This document shows, in pieces, positions 1 to 13,011 of a stretch of DNA of 64,000 nt (its first letter is position 1; every line of letters begins with the position of its first letter). The stretch spans positions 1-64,000 of the forward strand of contig MU271426.1 in the NCBI GenBank assembly GCA_021432655.1, in the 5' to 3' direction. The notes under the pieces were generated by a model that saw nothing but the letters and a program-made list of their open reading frames with translations, was not told where the DNA came from and searched no databases. The position numbers and the translations under genes were made by a program. The stretch comes from Atractiella rhizophila. Lineage: Eukaryota.

Positions 1-689
1 CTGTGGCCGGACATGGATTGGGAGATGGGTTGCAGCAGCTCAGTTTACGGCGTCTTATGAGCGTAATGGTACCTTCAGGTCTTCCGAGGTCTGTCATCCT
101 TTAAATACAACTATTTCTTAATGTCTTCACAGAGCCCTATCCCTCGTAATGCCTATTCTTCTCGCATGTGTCTTTCTCCTTCACAATCCTATTCTCACCC
201 ATGCTTATGATCAAAGGAAAGGAGCCATCTGGATATGTTGGTGATAGCATGTCCTCTCCCACACGCCAGGTAGGCATTTTGTCACGTAATGCAAGGTAAT
301 GCTGCTGAGAGTGGTCTGGACAGTTTGCTTTCCGCCATCACACTCGGCACCTCCAACCTGAGCGTGGTGATCAACACTCACAGCATATTGCTGCTACCAA
401 CACTGTGCGTAATACCTTAGTTACAATTTTAGCATATTGACCACTGAGTAGACTTCGTTCTCCGCTGAGCATTCCAGAAGACTTTCTTCGGCTACAGCAA
501 ATAGAACCTCTGCTCCATCTCAATCCGGTAAGAATCATGGTCTCATTTCAGCAGTGCAGGGCTGACTGAACTGTCAAGAAGGTGGAAAAGACCAGGTCAC
601 CGTGCGTTGATCAGCTACAATCTCTTGACATACTGATCAGAATGTTGTATAGGACAACCCAGAAGGCACCAAAAATCGAGATCTTAATG

Positions 690-1530
690 ACGATCGAGGC
701 ATGTCTGTTGACGAGGAGGCAAGAATAGATCGGAAAGGACGCATCGGGCTGAAGGTGTTTACGGAGTACCTCTCGACTGAAATATACCAGCGCGAGGTCG
801 ATTATCCTAACTCAACTGCTAATGACTTTTTGCTGGCTATCAAGAGCTACCTTTTCACTCCAAAGCCCTTCCTTACTCCGGCAGATACTATCTTTTGGAT
901 TGATGAGTGGACAAAGCGGCGAGGCATGTCGCACATCCGTCAACTATACCGAGATATGGTTTGTGCACATTCATTCCTTCTCCCAATAACCGAGAGTTTA
1001 GATTGAGGACAATCTAACAAAAGCACGAGGGAACTATGCCAGCTACGTTCGGGGACAGGTCAAGAGCCTTTACAACTTAGGGTCAAGTGTTCCCGAAATA
1101 AGAAAAAATGTCGAATTCTGGCTGAAGGATCAACATTTCTTATTTGCGCGGATTGACGTCGTTCGTTCCTTTATCCCATGATCATTGCAAGCTGATAATA
1201 TGCAACCGTCACAGAGCGGCAAAAAGGGGAAATTCCAGCATCCAACTGCGAAAACTATCATTACCGATTACTTCTATCGCAGGAATGTCTTAGGAGACCT
1301 TTCACGGAGGAATGTGAACGAAGCAGACGTTGCGGACCCATTTGGACATCATGAACGTGCGGTCCCAGCCCCTCTAATTGCTCTTACGTTCACAGCGGCA
1401 TGTTACTTTTCACATTTGACAGCCCATGCTTATCTCCCTCGTTAGATTCGGGCTGGATTGAAGGATTGGAGCAGTGGGATTCAAACTCAACCGTCGCGGG
1501 CGCCGTTTCACGATCGTGCCATTATGTGTA
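690..1530 (+). CDS. Multi-exon transposon-associated protein, DUF6532-like (partial model)
   Basis: Exons read VKSLYNLG..IRKNVEFWLKDQHFLF, GKFQHPTAKTIITDYFY, PAPLIALTFTA and AGLKDWSSG. This matches the F.HP.I..II...F / P..IAL..TA...L.EW.G pattern I associate with DUF6532 of basidiomycete transposons. Confidence 0.5.
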
Positions 1531-2137
1531 AGTTACCTTTTTTGTAACATCCGCCTCCATCACCACTAAGATTCCCGAGTTTAGGTCACTCTTACATGTT
1601 TATAGTCATTGCGTGTATGTGTAGGTAATTCGCGATTTCCTACTCTTCATTTGGCCTCACTCTGATTTTAGATTTCCTAGCCCGAGCTCTTTCTTCCCTT
1701 CGCCTCGGACAAAAGACTTGTACATAAAATTATATTTTTTCGATCACATTCATTATATCCTCATTCGTACTATGCATGCTTTCAAGAAAGGGAATTTCAG
1801 CCGTAATTGTGAGAAGCTCCTGCTACAAACTGGAGGAACTGAAGGGCTTGAGAGGACCTGGAGGAGGAGAGGACGAAGAGGAGGGGTGGCCGCACCAGCT
1901 CTGGAGAGTTTCTGAGGCGCGGAGGAGAGGAGCCCCGGAGGATGGGAGGAACCTGGAGTGATCTAGAGGGAACCTTCAATTCTGAGAGCCGCACTTTCCC
2001 TCAAAAACTCCCCAATTTCCAGAGGCTCCAGAGCACCCCAGTGGGGCTGGACTTTTTCCTGATGTTGGACATGGTTGTATTAATCAAGTGGCTACGAGGG
2101 GCAGGTGCTTGTAAATCGAACTTCTCTCGCTACCATT

Positions 2138-2492
2138 TGTTGATTCCAAGGGTCTAAAGGAATGAATTATAACGAAGTTATTGTTGGTGTTCATGATTCA
2201 TCCTGCCATCTCACTTGAGTGGCAATTCTAGAACGTTCCCTTTTGCCACAAGTTCTTGTTTTGCCTTATCTTACTTTTTCTTGAAAGTTCTAGAACAACT
2301 GTCTCACAAGTATATAAAGACTGAGAAATAGCGAAATAATAATTGCAGTTTTACACAATAACAACAGTTATAATGGGCTTTTTATACCTTAAGGAACTCG
2401 GCAAAATGAGAGAAACGGCAAAGGGGAAAGAAAACTAGAGCCACAAATGACAGTGGTACGAATGCAGCTTAAAATGGTGCCAAACTCTGACA
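2138..2492. mobile_element. Solo LTR family A copy (~165 bp unit) interrupted by a nested solo LTR
   Basis: TGTTGATTCC...CTCTGACA ends, near-identical to 58282-58446 once 2182-2371 is removed. Flanks CCATT and GTTTG do not match. Confidence 0.9.
2182..2366. mobile_element. Solo LTR family B (185 bp) nested in family A LTR
   Basis: TGTTG...CAACA termini, perfect 5-bp TSD GTTAT (2177-2181 and 2367-2371), internal TATATAAA box. Confidence 0.9.
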
Positions 2493-5439
2493 GTTTGGAC
2501 AGTCATCAACCTAGCAGGTACAGTATTCCTTCTTTCGTCGTGTGCTACCTGCTTGAACGCAAAGCTCATTCCTGATCGACACAGGCCTGCTCTCCCTAGT
2601 CTACAACCTTTATAAACACACGCGACTGCCTGTCTCTCCCCAACGGGCGAAATCATAACTGAATCCGCCTTCCAATACTACACGATAGACTGTTCGCTAC
2701 AATGCGTGGCCAAACATTCATCCTTACGTGTGGACGCAAACAACGTCTACGTGATCCGTGCTCCATCTCGCGGTCTGACACTGGACAGTGCCACGCTCCT
2801 TTGCACTTCATGTTGCATCCCGGCGACCTTAAGCATTTTTTTTATGTGGCGGAAGGTTGCCGAAGCCTCATTACTAGAGCTGCCTCTGCTGGAGAAGAGG
2901 AGGAACAAACAGAATTATCCTAATGATGCGGCGGAACAAAAGATGGATCTCATCATTCGCACCCGACTCAATTTGGTCGAAAGAATATTGTTTTCTGCTT
3001 GTATACTCACAATCCTTATCTTGGGAGAAGTTAATTCTGGAGCGAGCAGATGAAGGTGGGTACCGAACCGATGGCTTCTGTTGGTACCTCCTTCTTCGTC
3101 CTTTCCCAGATCGTGTTCTATATAAATCTGATGTCCATTCTCTCGTCCAGGTCAATGGGCTCCAATCGTAGGCGTCGGATTTGCAGATATTGGATCTCTG
3201 TACGCATCATGGGCGAAACCGCTTATCCAGGTCATACAACGGATCGAGCTAGGGACTGTCAGGTTAATACGCCTCCTCTTCCCTCCACTCCGAATCCGAA
3301 ACCCTCATCCCATTGCTGCAGCTCATCCAACCTTCCTCCAACCCCTCTCCTCGCGCCTCCATCGAATCGAAGCAGCCAGCATTGGGTTCCGACTCCCCAC
3401 CATTAGCAATGACATGGTGCTCCCAAGAACAATATCTATCGAATCCAATGCGTTGGACAGCTCACACTCCTCCCCGTTCCTCTCTCCGCATGAGCCTCCT
3501 CCTTCACCAGCGCTGTCCTCGTCTTCCAATCGAACCGTTCCGGTTCCATATAGCCATGGTTCGCCTCGAAACGTTTTTCACCGGCGTTGCCGGTAGGGGA
3601 TTGGATACTACCGTCAGTGAACACTTACACGAATGGCCGGAGGTCCCTGGAGAACCAAATTGGAATGGGAGGTTGAGGAGTGACAGAGAGAGGTTCAGAG
3701 CGAGGAATTCGAACGCGATTGAACAAGAGGACACTGTCACATTTGGTGGAATTTCGTATAGACAACACTCCTGTACTTTGTGGGTAAGAAGAGAGGAGAA
3801 AACAATGACACATACCTCCATCCCCTGAAGAAGGTAACTTGACGGGACATTGTCCTGAGAGCACGGCGAAAAGGCGAGTATTGAACGGCAATCGGATGCT
3901 GAGGATCCACACAGGGTTTTGGCCGGTGATGAGAGCCCCGCTGTATCCTCCAACATTTTCAAAGGATACGAGCTCCACAACTGCTTCGCCTTCAGGAGCA
4001 ATGGAGATGCTGGAGTTCCTATTAAAGGATGTCAGCAGATGAACCATCATTCCAGGATTCTGTTCTGGTGGAGAGTCGGATAATTGTGCTTTCGAGATTT
4101 TCAGTGATATCCTTTCTCAGGTTTATTAATGTGCTTTGCGAACATTCGACACTATCCGTTTTATTGTGGCAGGCGGTCCGTTTCGCTCGTTCAGGTCGTC
4201 CTGACGAGACAGGCTGTACAGCCCGAGTCTCCTCGCGCGAGTGAACTCTCCTCCCTCTCGTGCGAGTGAAGAACCCCTCACCTGAATCAACCTTGTTACT
4301 CGTGCGAATAAACTGTTCCTTGCGCGAATCAACCTTTCCTCCTAATCCTCAAAATCTGTCCTCACCTCTCTCCGGAAAGGACACTAATTTATTCCCTGCA
4401 CCTAGACCAAGCTCATCCAATAAACTCGTTATGACCACCAGCTCAAACGGTAACCATCCACCATCATCCCTAACCGTCCCTTTCTTCACCAATTCCATGA
4501 CAAACTCCCGAATTAACCAACCAGCGCCACTCTCGAACGAACCGCAGGATGTGAACTCGAGGCCACCGCGTATATGGCCTAATCCGGAGGGTATCTTTGT
4601 TCGGGTGGAGGCATTGGAAGGTCCTAGCTGGGTCTGCTTGAGGTGGGAAAAGCTCGAGGAGTACCTTCTCGATCCCAGGAACACGGAAGGGTTGCCGGAA
4701 GATGATGTTCTCAAGAGAACTGCCAAGCATCTGCAAGGTGTGTTCTTTCAATGTTTTCTTGTCCTGTCGCCTTGTTCATCACTTCGTCCTGTGGCCCAAG
4801 CTCAGCTCCGCGAATTGGAGCGGCGGAAGTCTGAGTGAAACGATGTTTACAACTTGTTATGCCACCGCATGTCTGCGCCGATAGGAAGGAACAATCTAGA
4901 AGTCTGGACATATGGACAGTCTAACTTCTGTCATTTGTGGATCAAAAGTATTAGTATCTCTACTCTCCGTCCTTCCGTCTTCATCGTCCTGAAGTAATCC
5001 TCGCAGCCAGAATGCATCACCAATCCTTCAACCCTACCCAAGCAAGTGCCTTTCCGTAGTTTCAATATCCAATCGACCCCCCTTCCCTTACGCTAACCCA
5101 CCCATCATGTCAACAAACCCATCTGACCACTCTCCTCGCTTTCTCCCACGAGGCCTAACACACCATCCAATCCTCACCATCCCACAAACCAATCCCCTAC
5201 AACGTCCAACTCCCTGACGGTAGATGCCAATACCGGTCTCCCGCGGGTGCCAATACCGATTTCAACACTCGTTCCCTTTCTCCAACCTCTCCTTCCAGCA
5301 CTAAATCAACGCACGGTCCCATGCCCTCAAAAGAGAGGGGCAATCATCATTCGCGACGATGATCTCCTTCAGTCAAAGAAGGTACCTCTTACCGAGAATC
5401 TCCACACGACTTCAAACCTAACGACTTTGCCTTCGCAGC

Positions 5440-6100
5440 AAACGACAACGCATGCACCTTCAAGCCTTGTGCGTAAATGGTCCTCATTTTGTAATCTGCT
5501 TCAAGTTGTGCAACAACGGTCAGTCACACCATAGCGAGCCCTTTGAGGAGCACAGTGTGGCAACATATTTGACAAAGAGTTTCAATCTATGCCCACCGTG
5601 CACCTGCACTCTTGGTGGTGCAAATGCCTCCTCTATCCCCATGCTTCTTCCAGCGACTGCCAACTTGTTCCATGAACCCTCATGTCCCTCCATTGTTGTT
5701 GAAGCACATACAGAATGTGATTGTCAGTCTGGAGCAACCTCTCCAACCACTCCATAGCTGGGCTATACCGTTCCACCTCCCTGATCTCTCCGGCTTCATC
5801 ATCTCTTTCCACCATACCTCGAAATATCCCTTCTCTCCCTTCTGCTCCTTGTGGTAGGCTAGGACATTAGTCAGAAAACTTCTCAATTCCTCCCTTTTCC
5901 CACTCCAAGCTGTGACATTTTTAATACTTACCTCCCTCTCCCTTCTCTGCCGTTCCACTCTCTCTCTGTTCCTTAATATCTTTTCTTAATTCCCTCAACT
6001 CTGTTAAAAGCATCATCTGCATTCTGTCTCCTCCTTCTCCCCCCTTGTCATCAATTCCTGATCTTCCTTCCCCTTGCTCTAGGTCCATCGATAATCTCTT
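5440..6100 (-). pseudogene. Decayed Ty3/gypsy gag fragment
   Basis: A charged coiled stretch followed by IKNVTAWSGKREELRSFLTNV and SPAMEWL, resembling Retrotrans_gag (F.G....L..FL, A..W). Frameshifted. Confidence 0.45.
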
Positions 6101-7509
6101 GTTGAATGGTGCAAGTTGCCAGTAGGGGTGTTAGCGTGTCAGATGTTTGTTCCGGCGATGGTGAGCTGATTGGTGAGGTCTGTGTGTGAGGAGGGGTGCT
6201 CTTCATTCTGCTACGGGAGAGAGACAATGAGAGGGGGTATGGGTGGGAGCGGCGGGGCGTTGTTGATGAGGTGCAAGGTAGGTGAACGTGATCGCAGCGA
6301 GGCGAGACGGGAGGGGTCTTGATGGTAGGATTTTGAGCCAGCATGGGCGTGGGTGGGTTCGTATGCAGGCTAGCCACCTGTAGTGGTCCCCAAGGTGGTG
6401 GGATATGAGTGATAGATGGTGGATGTGTATAGTTCATCCTATCAATTGTACATGTTTGTGCCTGCCACACCTCTATGAGGTCAAACCATGCAAGATACCT
6501 GGCTGTAAAGCTATTGTTAAGCTAAACCATATGTGATCGCATGTGGCTGCCCATATTCTTAGCTTTCTCCATCTGGGCCACTGTGAACAACCTTCGCACC
6601 TCATTCCACTTCCCCCCTGCCATACATCTAGAATTGGTGATAAGAATGTATCCTGTGTCTCTTTCTTTTTCTAGACCATCTTCTACTAACTGACATACTA
6701 TACCTTTAGCCTGTATTCTTCACCTGCACGTTTATGGTTTGCATCCAACGGCAAAATTCATCTCCTCGATGCTTTAGCCAAAACTATTCAAAATGGAAAT
6801 TCGCTGTCACTGTTGTTCTGGAGAGATGCAATTGTGGAGCCCGAACAAGAACTGCATAAGATGAAACAAAAAACACACTTATAATTAGCCTCAACCCTTC
6901 ACAGTTCATGTTCAATTGGATCCAGGGGCCTTCATCAATAGCATTAATGAATGTGTAGCACTGCAGAAAAAGGTGGCGAAAGTGTTGAAGAAGATGGGAG
7001 CATAGGTTATGCCTTTCGGATTGTTGTATCAAATTATCAGGATCAAAGTGCTGGGAAGAGGCATGCAGCGGAAATCCCGAAATTTTCTTTTCTTTTCAAC
7101 TTTGTCTGGATCTCGAGACGGTCACCATGATGCAGCACAATGGACTCGCTGCACGAGACAGCGATAGTGATCAACATGGGCTCTGGCACCATTCTGTGCA
7201 TTCCCTTGATCAACGTTAAGGAGAAGGAACATCTAAACTTGTAGACTTCTATTCATGGGAGGAGGAGCAGAGCTAGCAGCCCATGGCTCTCAACTCCATC
7301 TTACTCCCAGTCCATACACCAGCACCAGCGATGAACGCAGGGGATTTCTCTGGCGTTATTCCACCTGTTCAAACTCAGTGACATGGAGGGATGAACCCAC
7401 GAAATGTTCAACCTGAACATAGAGAACATGCACGTCGTGCAATTGGATGGATTGTCACTCCTGACAAAAGAAACCAATTTCACAAACCGGATGTGGCTAG
7501 GAACAAAGT

Positions 7510-7655
7510 AGCAACTTTGTCCTGCGCGCGGCAGCTTTGTCAAATCATGCCTTGTTGAAGCACTTGTGAGGGCTTGTCACCAACTTGTCAGAAGACTTGT
7601 TGAGGCTTTGTTAATTGTTAACAACCTTGTCATGGCGCTTGTCGGAGCTTGTTCA
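7510..7655. repeat. Dense array of CTTGT/TTTGT motifs, probable subterminal repeats of a DNA transposon
   Basis: About ten (C/T)TTGT motifs in ~145 bp, all in one orientation. Confidence 0.5.
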
Positions 7656-8590
7656 AAGGACGAGTCAAAGCATGCTAGTGATCCTTATCCCATTCTGATA
7701 CGGCGTTGTTCATTATCAGCCTGAAGGCGACACTCATAAGGCGACCCAATCATCCTACTCTCTCCACACATCCTAGAAATCATGAAAGCGATTTGGGGCA
7801 AGAGAATCTCTCCCCATAAACAAGTCGAATGTGAAGTAAAATCCGACATATCTGTGCATTTTTCATCATTAGATGGAAAGATAAGGTTTAGGATGACATA
7901 TGAACCAACGACAGGCGATGGGGGAGACTAGATGGAGGTAGATGAAGAGGATGGGAGACTCCAAGAAAAGGTGCATTTCCTTTCTGTTCGAGGCGGCGAG
8001 TTTAACCCTAGCAGTGTGCTAGAATGACATTCTTCAAGGGCCTGCAAGCGTGACATTTATAAACATCGGCTCTACATAAGTCTTGCCTCCTTGCCTCCTC
8101 AATCCTCTGATTCATATTTTTTTCAGTGCTGTCGTCCTCAAAGCAAGGCCGCATGTAACCCAGTCGTCGCCGAACACTCCGAATATGACTCTGAATATGC
8201 CGAAGAATCTGGAGAGGATGGAGGGGCAGATGTAGATGGCGAAGCAGAGACAGTGGGCAAGGAACAAAGACAGGTACCTAACCTGATATAGTACGAGACC
8301 AGAACTGTGAGACTCTACTGCAAAAAGCGAGTTCCTTTAGCTCAACTAGAGCGAGAACCAAGAGGCTCAATCAATAAATGAGAGCTTAAACGAAAAGGAG
8401 AGACAGGAACCAGCTTATGCTAGCCACACTGAAGTCTAGAGCCGCTTATCAAGCTATCTCGGGTCGAAGAGCAAATCGGACAAGCGATATTGTCAGTGAT
8501 GATGCTTGTATTCTTCATTTCGAACTATCTTTTTGAGATTTTGTCAGGCTCAGTGCCAGTTCATTATGAGGGAATGCAAGCATTCAACAA

Positions 8591-9124
8591 TAGAGAGGGA
8601 TCGGAAAATCAAAAATGTCGAATTTTGATTTTTGAAAGTCAAAATTTTTACTGCCCTTTTAAAGACTCTTCCTCTGTTTCCAGGTCCCAGACATCTTAGA
8701 TGACCACAGAGCAAGTGGGGAAGGCTTGTCTAAAGCCCTACTAAGGAACTAGCTGCCACAAAAGCACAAAAGGCGGCTCCTCTGCTTATGTAATTAGTTT
8801 TGTACGTGACTCTCAAACATCACCATGAATACTGCTGCAGAGTGTGCAATAGCTATGTGTGGTCTTCACTGCTGACCATTCTAAGACAGACTGCCTTACT
8901 TGATTGCGATTACCAGGCGAAAAAAAACCATTAAGAAGTGTAAACAATGGTCATTATGTTCTTAACTTCAGTGGTTTGGAACGCTTTTGTTGCCTTCAAA
9001 TCCATGTTGACTGCCGAACAAAGGGTTTGGGTGAACTAAAGGCATCCCAATCCCTCAATCTGTGCCCTTGTTTGTGAACTTTGAACAAAATCAGAAAAAA
9101 AATTGGTTTTCTGATCCCTCTCTA
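8591..9124. mobile_element. MITE-like non-autonomous TIR element (~534 bp)
   Basis: Left end TAGAGAGGGATCGGAAAA is the inverted match of right end TTTTCTGATCCCTCTCTA. A related end occurs at ~30740-30794. No TSD beyond a possible TA. Confidence 0.7.
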
Positions 9125-10587
9125 ATTTCCACTTTCAGGTCAAACCACGTGACGGTGGGAGGAAAAGAAACCAGCGTGGTTGCCGATGGTCAAGCTATCT
9201 ACATTCAAAATATGAAAGTAGTTGAAGCGACGATCTTAAACAGATCTAGATATGGACTTGATGACGTGTATGCTAGTTACGGTTGGAATCCTAGAATGTC
9301 AGGCAAATTGTTGTAAGTCGAATCGGTCGGTCTGCCTGGCCAAGGGATGCTGATGCCCTCTGTGTTACAGATATCCTTACTCCACCACCATTTGTGTATA
9401 TTGCCAACCCACCCACATCCCATTCCACATCGCGATTTCTCCATCTACAAACACGCTTGATCACTTTTCTATTCTGTTCTCATCCTATTTGTGCAGGCCA
9501 ATCTTTCCCATACATACCTGCCTCTTCTGAAAGAGTCAATTTGCACGATTCATTATTAATATTATCTGGAAGCAGCAATGGAAGTCAGAATTCTGAGAAG
9601 GTGACTCCATTGCTGGAGCCAAACCAGTCCCCTTAGTTTCCCCACAGGTTTGTGAGTTACTCAAAGCACTCCCACTAACACAATGATCTCTCAGCGTCGT
9701 ATCAAAGGGTATTGGACATGAATGGTGTGGAGTACTTTCCTTCATCGAGGACTCATGTGGCTGCAAGGTCAGTACTGGTTTCGTGTCTGGTCTAGCATTG
9801 CCATCCAGCATCTCTCAGTTCCTGGCCGGATTAACGTACGTGCGGTCGTTGTTAGGTCAAGCATTGGTTTCCCACTTCCAACGCATCATTGAATTATTCT
9901 GATGAAGTCGAGGGAAAGCCTGTGTCTTCCAAAATTTCGACACTCAAAATAAATGTGAGTTACAGCATCTGCCTCTGGCTTGCTGTGGTAATCCATATGG
10001 ATGTTGATGGGTACATACTTTAGACAAGCGTCCTGCAGTCATCAGAAAACACTTCATTTCTTGCAGACTCAGGGCACAACTAGTTGGCGACATCGACGCC
10101 ATCAATATGTGTTGCTTGTTATGGGACACTATGTGAAATCCATGATTCCAGCGGTTTCAAGCCCCAAAATTTCATTATCAAATCTTTCGGTCTCAGAACC
10201 GCTTCCTGTTGCGTTTCTTTCTCCCTCAGCTATTTATGCACTGTGCCTGCGGAAGTTTGGCACCATCACAAGCGCGATTGTCCATTCTACTTTCATCACA
10301 ATATCCTCTGGCTACAATACCTCCGAAATGTCAGTCGTCCTCTTCAGTGATCCAATACTTTGGTGCATTTCTCCATGGTCTGCTTCAGGCATCGTCAAGT
10401 CGTATGGTCACTATTTGCCAACTTTGGTCGCCATCAGCACTCACCAAAACGGCAGCTTATCGAAACCTGGGGGGCGGAACAGTCCTGCCTCAAAGTAATA
10501 ATAAGTAGTCTGTTCAGAAAGCACGATACAGAACTGACTGGCAAGGGTTTCTACTGGATATTAGTTCATTAAATGACACTGAACTTA

Positions 10588-10868
10588 TCTATTCTTCTAA
10601 GATTCATCAGTTCTTGGCATGAGTCATAAAACGCACTTTTGAGCCTTCATATCTCCCTCACCAGGCACATTGAAACGAATGAATTACACCATCTTATCAA
10701 ATATGCTTGTGCCTTTCTGAAGCCGTAAGGAAATTTTATTCTGAAGGGGTAAAAAATGTGTTTCATACTGGTCTCGAACCCTCACAACAGTCACAGTAGG
10801 GTTTAAGGGGCCATGGCCCTTGCGAGTGGGTTAGGGGGCCTGAGGGACGAAGGCCGATGACACACTTG
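10588..10868 (+). mobile_element. Non-autonomous Helitron (~281 bp)
   Basis: A|TC 5' end and CTTG|T 3' end, GGCCT...AGGCC hairpin ending 13 nt before the 3' end, no TSD. Homologous to 39523-39805 and to the 5' leader of the Rep-encoding element at ~39915. Confidence 0.8.
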
Positions 10869-11689
10869 TTCCTTTTAATAACTATCGACATTGTCAAATG
10901 ACCAAAATGTTCCCTCCATTGATGAAAAGAAACGTTATCGGACACTGTACGATGCATAGTTGAGGTTTCACATGGATGAATCGAATGAGGAAACGCGGTG
11001 ACGCCAACGATACAAGTAAAAAAAAAATGTAGTGACATCTGCAACGCACAGTCTTGTCCATTCAGAGGGTTCAGGTTAGGATTACGAAAGTTATAATTTC
11101 GAGAATCGATTGGATAAACTGGGGTTGTGCCTTACTTCCTTTTATCGGCTCATTCTAACGGAGTGAAGAACTGGCTCTCAATATCAAAGTTAATGCCGAC
11201 GAACCCCTCAGCCTACACATCCAGCCTGACAATCGGCAAAACGTTACAGACAGTGGGAGCTGAGGCGACTAGGATTTCAATTGTCTTCGGATCGTGGAGG
11301 AGGAGAAACATACACCATGCCATTATGGGTACCCCTTATCGAGGCTCGCAGGACGATGACATCCTTAATCTCGCTTGGCTGATCAGGTTAGTTTCTCAAT
11401 CCCAGAATTCGGCATGGGACCTGTTTTTGATAACAGACCCAGATCTTTAACACCACATATTAATGTCCCTCAAAATTAGCTCCAGCCATTAGATATTCCG
11501 GATTCAAGATCTCCGCGCCTGTGTGCAGATTTTGTCTCTAAACAGCGAGACCATTGCTTGTAATCTCTCAGAGATATCAATGAAAATATAGTGTTTCATA
11601 AAATCTGTGTTTTTCAAGTATCTATATGCAATTACTGTAATTTTTTTTCGCAATCTCAAGAATGAGGTCGAGTCTTTCATATTCCAAAC

Positions 11690-12850
11690 ACTCTTAATGA
11701 TCTGACTGCAAGTTGCTGAAAGACAGCCTGTTGAGAGGCGAGTGTAGTTTAAGTGGGCAGCATGACACTTTTGGGTCACATGCAAGCGGAACAACCGTGC
11801 AGTCAGTTTGAATGTCTTTGATTGTCTTCTTTGACCCAACACGACCTTCTGTCTTTCCCTCACACTTCCCACCATCCTCCAAATGCCTCATTGGAAGAAG
11901 AAGGTCTGACGGAGGCTCAGGAGTTGCACAGAAAGAAAATGATTTTGTTGAGGCCGTGCCATACAAATTAGATGGTATGATGTTGCAAATATGGACGAGA
12001 AGGGATTGCAACTGGGAGGAGCTCGAAATTTGGGGAAACAGCGTGTTATTGGTGCAGCTGAGAGGAAAATCGGTATATCGAGCAAAGTCAAACAAGCGAG
12101 AGCTGGTTACACTTATTGAATGTGTCACTGCAAATGGGAATTATCTGCCTTCCCTTTTTTCTTCTCCGGCAAACGTTTTATGAAGAACTGGCTAGAGGGT
12201 TTGACAGAAGCATAAAAGAATGGCATTTTGTACGCCTTTTTGGTCTTCAGCTTAAGTGCTTTTATGTATGCTCAGAGCTTCACTCTAGTGTCGGGATATC
12301 AGAGAATGGATGGACAGATGAGGTGTTAGGATATCTATGGTTCACACTGGTTTATATCTCTTTTGTCAAAAGTTGACCTGATCCAAATCGTCCTTGTCTT
12401 CTCATCCTTGATGGCCATGGTTCCCATACATCGGTACTCAGTATTCGCTATGTCTGGGAAAACCTTCACGATGTTGTCAATATCATTTGTCTCCCTCCCC
12501 ACACAATCCACAAATTGCAACCTCTCCACGTTGGTGTGTTTGGGCCGATTGGAAAAGCTTGGAGCAAACGTGACAGACGATATGTTGGACGATGGTCATG
12601 AAGTCTCCAAGAGAAATCTTATCGAGGGGTACTTATGGTGTTGTGATGAAGGAATGAAGGCTTCAACAATTGTCAGTGCTTGGGTAGTTATCGGATTCTG
12701 AGTCCATGAATACTCCGGAAGATTTGTGAGTCGAAATCACTTTGCAAAAGCCGACTTTGCTCCTGCCCATCAAACCTTGTCTAGAACAGAGTTGCCAGAT
12801 TGTATTCCTCTGGACGTCGATCTTGACCTCCAGCCATCTCAGGTGCTCAT
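11690..12850 (+). pseudogene. pogo/Fot1-type (DDE_1) transposase pseudogene
   Basis: Across frames: DEKGLQLG, RELVTLIECVTANG, SENGWTDE, LLILDGHGSH, CLPPHTIHKLQPL.VGVFGP. Many frameshifts; cut by the solo LTR at 12851. Confidence 0.85.
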
Positions 12851-13011
12851 TGTTGATTCCAAGCGTCTAAGGAATGCATTACAATGAAGTTATAATGGGC
12901 TTTTATACCTTGAGGAACTTGGCAAAATGAGAGAAACAGCAAGGGGAAAGAAACTAGAGCCACAAATGACAGTGGCACGAATGCAGCTTAAAACGGTGCC
13001 AAAATCTGATA
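12851..13011. mobile_element. Solo LTR family A
   Basis: Homologous to 58282-58446; 5-bp TSD CTCAT on both sides. Confidence 0.9.

Noticed and set aside
2700..4840. Cluster of overlapping ORFs, some hydrophobic
   Set aside because: No recognisable motif or consistent exon chain; cannot be assigned by eye.
8340..8490. Possible copia RNase H remnant (RTKR, LIKLSRVEEQIG)
   Set aside because: Too short and degenerate to support.
10765..10785. tRNA gene suggested by a T-loop-like motif
   Set aside because: No cloverleaf or acceptor stem can be formed; reported only as a B-box.
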